Source of the DNA: an uncultured virus (IMG/VR IMGVR_UViG_3300035670_000036)
Lineage: Duplodnaviria > Heunggongvirae > Uroviricota > Caudoviricetes
IMG/VR virus record: IMGVR_UViG_3300035670_000036
Reading direction: 5' to 3' (one strand)
Length of the DNA: 64,000 bases
In this document: one piece after another, positions 58,173 through 64,000 of the stretch
How the letters are laid out: each line of letters begins with the position of its first letter
How positions within the stretch are numbered: the stretch's first letter is position 1
Program-made: the position numbers and the translations under genes
The notes under the pieces: generated by a model
Told to the model about the DNA's origin: nothing
The model's input: the letters and a program-made list of their open reading frames with translations, nothing else
The model's database searches: none

Positions 58173-59532
58173 TTTTATTGTTCCTGGAAGAAATAACTTA
58201 AAGTATTTCAAATGGTCTTATCATTCCATCATGAAAAATAAAGGAAATCATGAAGTGGAAATCTGTTTTGCCGACGATGCCTCTACTGATGGTACTTGGG
58301 AATGGGTTTACAGTGAATCTTTAGTGAATCCTATGCTCAAAGTTATGCGCAACGAAGGCAGCGCAAGATTAGGTCACACCACATTGTACGATGCTTTAAT
58401 TAGAAGATCTTTACATGATATATGCATTATATGGCATTGTGACATGTATTTAGCACCGGGAGCGCTAGATGCCATTGAAGCAAACATGGTGGATAAAAAA
58501 ACCATTGTGTCACTTACTAGAGTGGAACCTCCATTACATCCTCCGGGACATGAAAAGATAACTGCGGATTTAGGAACAGAACCAGAAACATTCATGGAAG
58601 GTAAGTTTTTAGAACTTGTCCACAACATGAAAACAAAGTCATCTAAAAAAGAGAAGACAACAGGAGGCGTGTTTGCTCCATGGGCTTTCTATAAAGAAGA
58701 ATTTTTAAGCATTGGTGGACATGATTCTTTATTCTATGTCCAATCAAAAGAAGATTCTGACATTTGGAATAGATTAATGTTAAATGGAGCAACATTCGTA
58801 CAGACATGGGAAGGATTTGTTTATCACATGACATGTAGAGGATCAAGATTTAATCCAACTATCACACAGGTTGGAAAAAATTCAGATGAATGGGAGAAGC
58901 AGAACATCATATCAACAAGAAATTTTATTAGGAAATGGGGAGGGATGCCACTTCAAAATGAATATCATGCTATATCTCCTAATAAAAAATACAACATTGG
59001 AATCATTGTTGACATGTCTTCTGAAATTAATCAACCAAGTGATGAAGAGTTTATAGATTTTATTGGATTCTTAGAAATTTTTTGCGATTCTTTACACATA
59101 GTAGGAGATAAAAAATACAGAGAATTAGTTAAATTTTATATAGACAAGGAACAGCCTAATACTTTATTCTACCTAGCGGATAGAATTTGGGGATACAATT
59201 ACAAATATACGCCGGTAGACCAGATAGTATTAGAGGAAAAGATAGTCATTAGCATGGAATGGGGAAAGATTAAGGTAAATGAAGTGTTTGAGTTTCTACA
59301 AAAATTTCCTTTTATTATTGAAAATTATAGCCCTGGATTGTATGGAAGTGATATTGGGACAATACATATTAAAGACGAAAGTTCTATTTCAACAACTTAT
59401 GAAAAAGATTTAATAAAAACAGAAAATCTATATCAATTAAGAGAGTTCCAAGAAATATACCCAGAATATTTTGATAGATATAAACCTGTTTTGGAATTTT
59501 TAGAAAAGGAAAAACTAAATAATAACTTATAA
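58162..59532 (+). CDS. GT2 glycosyltransferase with C-terminal extension
   Basis: ISFIVPGRN, ADDASTDGT, HCDM, GGHDSLF..QSKEDSD...R, VYH...RGSR, FIRKWG. Confidence 0.88.
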   Translation: MKISFIVPGRNNLKYFKWSYHSIMKNKGNHEVEICFADDASTDGTWEWVYSESLVNPMLKVMRNEGSARLGHTTLYDALIRRSLHDICIIWHCDMYLAPGALDAIEANMVDKKTIVSLTRVEPPLHPPGHEKITADLGTEPETFMEGKFLELVHNMKTKSSKKEKTTGGVFAPWAFYKEEFLSIGGHDSLFYVQSKEDSDIWNRLMLNGATFVQTWEGFVYHMTCRGSRFNPTITQVGKNSDEWEKQNIISTRNFIRKWGGMPLQNEYHAISPNKKYNIGIIVDMSSEINQPSDEEFIDFIGFLEIFCDSLHIVGDKKYRELVKFYIDKEQPNTLFYLADRIWGYNYKYTPVDQIVLEEKIVISMEWGKIKVNEVFEFLQKFPFIIENYSPGLYGSDIGTIHIKDESSISTTYEKDLIKTENLYQLREFQEIYPEYFDRYKPVLEFLEKEKLNNNL

Positions 59533-59546
59533 AACAAACATGTATT

Positions 59547-60056
59547 ATGGACGATCAAAGAAAAGTACCTGAAAAATATCTTAAAGGTTTAAAAGATAAG
59601 GGAAAAAAGGGGTCAAAAGAAGCAATGAAAAAAGAAATTGATAGGTTTTCTGGGAAAGACGACTACAAGCAAGATTGGGACGCTGATTACACTGATGACG
59701 GAAAGAGGATAAAAACAAAACAAGGGGCTGCTACGAAAGCATTTAAAAAAAGATTCGGTGAAATTATACATCAGAAAGTAGTAGAGTATATGGATGCTAT
59801 TTCTTTGGATGAAGATGCTTCTGAGGAAGGACTTAAAAATAAAGCTGAAAAATCTGATATTCCTTTAGGTATATTGCGTCAAGTTTATAATAAAGGGAAA
59901 GCTGCATGGAATTCAGGACATAGACCTGGAGTATCTCAAGATCAATGGGCCATGGGCAGAGTAAATAGTTTTATAACAGGCGTAGGAGGCTCTAGAAATG
60001 CGGACGATAAACTATGGAAGCAAGCTCAAGCAGCTAAAAAGAAAAAGAAGAAGTAA
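59547..60056 (+). CDS. Basic protein with a DUF5824-like domain
   Basis: LKNKAEKSDIPLGILRQVYNKG.AAW.SGHRPG.SQ.QWAMGRVNSF; poly-Lys tail. Confidence 0.6.
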   Translation: MDDQRKVPEKYLKGLKDKGKKGSKEAMKKEIDRFSGKDDYKQDWDADYTDDGKRIKTKQGAATKAFKKRFGEIIHQKVVEYMDAISLDEDASEEGLKNKAEKSDIPLGILRQVYNKGKAAWNSGHRPGVSQDQWAMGRVNSFITGVGGSRNADDKLWKQAQAAKKKKKK

Positions 60057-60091
60057 TACTGCATATTCGTCTTTTATAATTCTTTTATAAC

Positions 60092-60099
60092 TATTTATA
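60092..60099 (+). promoter_or_regulatory. TATTTATA intergenic motif (putative late promoter)
   Basis: 11 bp upstream of the ATG at 60111. Confidence 0.4.
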
Positions 60100-60110
60100 T
60101 AAAAAAGAAT

Positions 60111-60818
60111 ATGCTATATTTTGACAAAGAATATCTATCTCAATATTTGGACACAGGACTGTCATTAAAAGTTTTTGTAGATGGCAATATACTCTCCGTA
60201 CCTTCAAAAAATGATTTAGGAAAAAATAAAGGAACCGGCTACCAGGCTACAGGTAAGCCGGAACCTTTTGACTATAAAGCTGTGACAAAAGTGAAAATAG
60301 GATCTACTACCTATACGCTAGACATGCTAAACAAATCTGACGCTGCAATACCTAATATTGGTAGCGTAGAAGGAGGAGAAGAAGAGGAGATTAACAAAGA
60401 ATCTGTAAAATACCTAAAAGAGCATTTATATAAACTAATAGAAGGTAAATACAGTCATATAAACTTTACACCTCCGGAAAGTGTAGCTAATGCAGCCGAA
60501 AGAGGCCTAGAAATGCGTAAAAAATCAGGAGGTAAAGGTGGCTTAAACGCAAAACAAGCCAAAAAAGCAGGAGTTGGATCCGGTGTACAAAGAGCTTCTA
60601 ATCTAAAAAATAGAAGTAAAATGAGCCCGGAAACTGTAAAAAGAATGAGAAATTTTTTTAGCAGACATAATAAAAATTTAAAAGTAGATGCAGGTAAATC
60701 CCCATCAGAGGATAGGGGTTATATTGCAGGGTTATTATGGGGAGGTAATCCCGGAAGGTCATGGGCAAATAAAATTATAAGACAAATGGATGCCGCGGAC
60801 AAAAAGAAGAAAAAATGA
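60111..60818 (+). CDS. Hypothetical phage protein with a basic C-terminal domain
   Basis: PPESVANAAERGLE...GVQRA..L....S.ETVKRM..FFSRH...GYIA.LLWGG..G..WA; poly-Lys tail. Confidence 0.7.
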   Translation: MLYFDKEYLSQYLDTGLSLKVFVDGNILSVPSKNDLGKNKGTGYQATGKPEPFDYKAVTKVKIGSTTYTLDMLNKSDAAIPNIGSVEGGEEEEINKESVKYLKEHLYKLIEGKYSHINFTPPESVANAAERGLEMRKKSGGKGGLNAKQAKKAGVGSGVQRASNLKNRSKMSPETVKRMRNFFSRHNKNLKVDAGKSPSEDRGYIAGLLWGGNPGRSWANKIIRQMDAADKKKKK

Positions 60819-61429
60819 AATTACCTGAAATAACCAATCTATTTTATGGAATAACAGCTATACTTAGTGCCTTAGGGATAAGGCATATCTTTTCATATTG
60901 GATTAATAAGAATAAGCAAAAATCTGTAGATTATAATACGTTATTAGAAAGACAGGATAAAATAATAGAAGATTTAGAAGATAAATTACATGAGCTAGAA
61001 TCTAAATCTACTACAACTTCTGAGGATAATTTAAAACTAAAACAGGAAATATTTGTTTTAAAAAATGGAATCTCTTTATTAGAAAGTTCCGCATTAGATT
61101 TACCTTTACCTATGTGGTTAAAAAGTTCAGAAGGAAAATTATTGGCTACAAATTCATCTTATGTAGATACGTTTGTAAAAAATTGTACAGAATCCGTATC
61201 TAATCATCTAGGACAAACAGATAAATGTATATTAGGACAAGAAGCTCACGATACCATAACCCAGAAAGAAAAAGAGATTCTTGCTACAGGCTCTGTTTTA
61301 ATATACAAAGAATCCGTTAAATTGGCAGGAATAGTGACTGATTTTATTTTCATACTATTCCCAAGAAAATTAGGCAAGGTTACATTAGGTATAACAGGTA
61401 TTGCGATAAATGAATCTTTAATAAAATAA
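60815..61429 (+). CDS. Membrane protein: N-terminal TM helix, coiled coil and PAS-like domain
   Basis: Hydrophobic residues ~8-29, heptad region, then LPLPMWLKSSEGKLLATNSSY...LGQTD...EILATG...FP....VTLGITGIA (PAS_4-like pattern). Confidence 0.65.
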   Translation: MKLPEITNLFYGITAILSALGIRHIFSYWINKNKQKSVDYNTLLERQDKIIEDLEDKLHELESKSTTTSEDNLKLKQEIFVLKNGISLLESSALDLPLPMWLKSSEGKLLATNSSYVDTFVKNCTESVSNHLGQTDKCILGQEAHDTITQKEKEILATGSVLIYKESVKLAGIVTDFIFILFPRKLGKVTLGITGIAINESLIK

Positions 61430-61430
61430 G

Positions 61431-62180
61431 ATGGCAGATATAGATTTAAAACAACAGGACAAGGACGTAAAAACACTATCCACTGCCGAACTAGATCAAA
61501 AAGTTCAGAAACAAGGCATGAAGTTTGAATTTGCTGACTCTAAAAGAGCCGCAAAATCAATACTAACATTAAAAAGATCTGACTTACCTAGAGGATATAA
61601 ATCTAAAGTTGCTCAAGGTATTTTAAACCGTATAGATAGCGCCTTAAGCAGAACCAAAGATAAGATAAAAATATTCAATATTAAAAAAGCTAGGGCCTTA
61701 TGGGAAAAATTCTTTGACGCATTTAATGAAGAAAATCCAGAAGATGTAAAAAAAGATGCACCAGAGGATGAAGATAAGACTAAAGTAAAAGATTTAGGAG
61801 CACAGGGAGCAGACACAACTTTAGAGGAAAGTGGGTACCAGATTGTGAGGAATGATGCAGGAGATAGTGGAGTTATTGTCAGATTATTAAAAGATAATGA
61901 ATTTTCTATTGGATATTTTAAGGAAGACCCGTCGGAATTAGTTGCAGCAAAGTTAAAAATAAATGGAAGAGAGTTAAAGAATCAGGTAATGACTCTTCAT
62001 ATAAGCGAATTCATAGAGGAAGAAATAGAGCCTGTTGAAGATGTTCCAAAAAAACAAGGAGAAAAGAAACCAGGTCAAACTCCAGAAAAGCCTAAACAGA
62101 AAGAACAACCAAAGGAACAGCCAAAAGAAAAACCTAAAACTACACCTACTAAATCTAATAAAGATGGAGAAGATTCGTGA
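61431..62180 (+). CDS. Hypothetical protein with a KEQP-repeat tail
   Basis: 249-aa ORF ending KPKQKEQPKEQPKEKPK. Confidence 0.7.
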   Translation: MADIDLKQQDKDVKTLSTAELDQKVQKQGMKFEFADSKRAAKSILTLKRSDLPRGYKSKVAQGILNRIDSALSRTKDKIKIFNIKKARALWEKFFDAFNEENPEDVKKDAPEDEDKTKVKDLGAQGADTTLEESGYQIVRNDAGDSGVIVRLLKDNEFSIGYFKEDPSELVAAKLKINGRELKNQVMTLHISEFIEEEIEPVEDVPKKQGEKKPGQTPEKPKQKEQPKEQPKEKPKTTPTKSNKDGEDS

Positions 62181-62373
62181 TTATGAGGATGCTGCCATAA
62201 ATTTAATATATGACATAACATCTAAAAATAATTTTACTAATTGGTCAGATAAAGCATCAAAAAATGAAAAAATAGACATTTCAGAAAAGATGTTGAAACA
62301 TTTTGAAAAGACAAATGATTTTGCTAAATGTATTATAATTAAGAACGCTATAAAAAAAATAAAGCATGTATAG
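62164..62373 (+). CDS. Small hypothetical protein
   Basis: In-frame ATG at 62164 of the listed ORF: MEKIRDYE...FEKTNDFAKCIIIKN. Confidence 0.55.
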   Translation: MEKIRDYEDAAINLIYDITSKNNFTNWSDKASKNEKIDISEKMLKHFEKTNDFAKCIIIKNAIKKIKHV

Positions 62374-62779
62374 ATTAAAATGGATTTCATCATTAGATAA
62401 AGTTTACATGTATTTGGTTGATCCACATACCGGGTATCCACTTACTGTAAAAATTTATGATTATTTTGAAGATGCGGTAAATGATATATCTAATGACTTA
62501 TCCAATGTTATACTACCTGAAGAATGGATAAAAAAAGATAAAACACATGAATATAAAATTACTATATATGATAATGGATTAAATGTTCAAGATTATGTAA
62601 ATATATTCTACAATTTTTTAGGAATTACTAGCAGCATGGCAGAACAATTAGCCATCCTTCTAAAAAATAAAAAAGTATTAGATTTCAAGAAAATACAAGA
62701 TGTAGAACTAATGGGAGAGTATTGTGAAGATTTGATAGCTGATAATATGAATTTTGAAGTAACTGTAACAAACATATAA
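62366..62779 (+). CDS. Hypothetical protein; C-terminal half weakly ClpS-like
   Basis: YKITIYDNG...YVNIF...LG....AEQLA.L...K.....K......C..L. Confidence 0.4.
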   Translation: MYRLKWISSLDKVYMYLVDPHTGYPLTVKIYDYFEDAVNDISNDLSNVILPEEWIKKDKTHEYKITIYDNGLNVQDYVNIFYNFLGITSSMAEQLAILLKNKKVLDFKKIQDVELMGEYCEDLIADNMNFEVTVTNI

Positions 62780-63303
62780 TGGGCCTGTTTCAAAGAAAAT
62801 CTTTTAATCCTAATGGTCGGCCTCAAATAAATCTAAGTGAGTCTGAAATAAAATATGCGATAGAGAATACAAAATCTTCTGCCCAAGCAGCTAGATTTCT
62901 TAGAATTTCTCCATCTACCTTTAAAAAATACGCGTCTATATACAAAAACCCTAATACAGGAGAGACCTGGTATGAGACTTCAAATAATAAGAGTGGCGTA
63001 GGCGTTTTTAGAACACCTAAAGCATCTGACTTCTTTTCCGATTTACAAGAAGTATTAGAGGGCAAGAGAGTGTGTAAAAATAAAACCCATTTTAAAAAGA
63101 GGCTACTTATGTCCGGATTAGTCTCAAGTAAGTGTTGTCTATGCGGATTTAATGAAAAAAGACTAGCAGATGAATCAAGTCCGTTTCTTTTAGATCATAT
63201 AGATGGGAATACAGATAATCAAAGAATAGAAAATATAAGAGTGTTGTGCTATAATTGTTATTACATAAACGTAGGAAATTTAATAGGACCCAAAAATTTT
63301 TAA
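62779..63303 (+). CDS. HTH + HNH endonuclease
   Basis: SAQAARFLRISPSTFKKY; CCLCG...LLDHIDGNTDNQRIENIRVLCYNC. Confidence 0.85.
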   Translation: MGLFQRKSFNPNGRPQINLSESEIKYAIENTKSSAQAARFLRISPSTFKKYASIYKNPNTGETWYETSNNKSGVGVFRTPKASDFFSDLQEVLEGKRVCKNKTHFKKRLLMSGLVSSKCCLCGFNEKRLADESSPFLLDHIDGNTDNQRIENIRVLCYNCYYINVGNLIGPKNF

Positions 63304-63305
63304 TT

Positions 63306-63536
63306 ATGATTTCACTAGAATGGAGCGAAAGTATTTTATACAATTCCGCAGAAAATACAGAGGATTATAAAACCTATTACAATGAATATTTGTTTAATAT
63401 TTATCTGAACAGGAAAAATGAATTTACCGGAAAGAGAGAAGAGCTAGAAAAGTTTCTTATTTCTCATAAAATAAATCCTGATTTTTCTGAAGTTCAAGAA
63501 AGAATAAAGGAATATATAGAAAATTACACAACTTAA
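63306..63536 (+). CDS. Small hypothetical protein
   Basis: ATG at 63306 directly after the HNH stop. Confidence 0.55.
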   Translation: MISLEWSESILYNSAENTEDYKTYYNEYLFNIYLNRKNEFTGKREELEKFLISHKINPDFSEVQERIKEYIENYTT

Positions 63537-63537
63537 T

Positions 63538-63732
63538 ATGACGGAACAAAAGGATTTGGACGCAATGTTTATAGAGCTAGGTAGAATAGAGTATGAATTA
63601 AAATACTATATACAAATGGTAGAAAATCATACTTCGTTAAAGAATCAACTTGTAAATAAGATTGACAAAGCTCTATACTCTCATTTAGATAAAGAAGAAA
63701 AAACGGAAAAAAATGAAACAGATTTGGGTTAA
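63538..63732 (+). CDS. Small hypothetical coiled-coil protein
   Basis: 64-aa ORF, tightly packed. Confidence 0.55.
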   Translation: MTEQKDLDAMFIELGRIEYELKYYIQMVENHTSLKNQLVNKIDKALYSHLDKEEKTEKNETDLG

Positions 63733-63916
63733 AAAACAGGATGTCGAGAAAGTAAACAATGACATCCTCGTAACAGAATGTAGGCTAGAGGCCGAGTTAT
63801 CCATACTAGAATCAGGAGATTCACAATGGGTATCTGTCTATGTAACAGATGAGTACCTTTCTAGGTTAAAAGGAGTGTTCACATTAACTGAAAACAAAAA
63901 AGTAATACTAGGATAA
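63713..63916 (+). CDS. Small hypothetical protein
   Basis: 67-aa ORF overlapping the upstream gene. Confidence 0.55.
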   Translation: MKQIWVKKQDVEKVNNDILVTECRLEAELSILESGDSQWVSVYVTDEYLSRLKGVFTLTENKKVILG

Positions 63917-63917
63917 T

Positions 63918-64000
63918 ATGGCAATAGGTTTCAAACAATTTGTTCCTAACTTAACAAATTACTACACTTTCGCAACAGGTTTTTCTGACCTCGAAATAGA
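63918..64000 (+). CDS. 3'-partial hypothetical protein
   Basis: ATG 1 bp after the upstream stop; MAIGFKQFVPNLTNYYTFATGFSDLEI runs off the window. Confidence 0.5.
   Translation, partial: MAIGFKQFVPNLTNYYTFATGFSDLEI

Noticed and set aside
1575..63343. All minus-strand ORFs in the track
   Set aside because: They are short, lie antisense to well-supported + strand genes and have no recognisable motifs.
1..64000. Stop-codon reassignment as seen in some large Bacteroidota phages
   Set aside because: Core genes are full length under the standard bacterial code, and TAA, TAG and TGA all end genes at sensible positions.
1..64000. Eukaryotic giant virus origin (collagen, PLOD-like and DUF5824-like genes)
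   Set aside because: T4-like terminase, portal, capsid, sheath and tube genes and operon-style coupling identify a tailed bacteriophage.

Overview
This is a 64-kb segment of a large, AT-rich, contractile-tailed dsDNA bacteriophage. Every credible gene is on the + strand and many are translationally coupled. Starts are preceded by A-rich leaders without Shine-Dalgarno motifs, which suggests a Bacteroidota host (inference). Gene order: (1) 3' part of a collagen-like fibre with a C-terminal S74 autocleaving chaperone; (2) T4-like head module (terminase, portal, prohead protease, scaffold, major capsid); (3) PhoH; (4) a three-domain GT4 / COLGALT-like GT25 / PLOD-like lysyl hydroxylase protein; (5) neck, sheath, three tail-tube paralogues, tail chaperone pair, tape measure and baseplate genes; (6) replication module (two family A polymerases, gp32-like SSB, RecA/UvsX, 5'-3' exonuclease, helicase, class I RNR, Cas4-like nuclease); (7) a ~15-kb island of about 11 glycosyltransferases and 2 methyltransferases interrupted by a NUMOD4-HNH gene; (8) small accessory genes. 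The main candidate new system is a phage-encoded, animal-type collagen modification pathway: Lys hydroxylation plus glycosylation in one polypeptide, a Gly-X-Lys-rich collagen fibre as the likely substrate, and a plant HPAT/SGT1-like protein O-glycosyltransferase. Also notable: a +1/-2 slippery site in the tail chaperone pair, a miniature tRNA-like cloverleaf upstream of the HNH gene, a recurring TATTTATW intergenic motif and a membrane-anchored PAS protein. All family assignments come from motif recognition by eye; no database searches were run.
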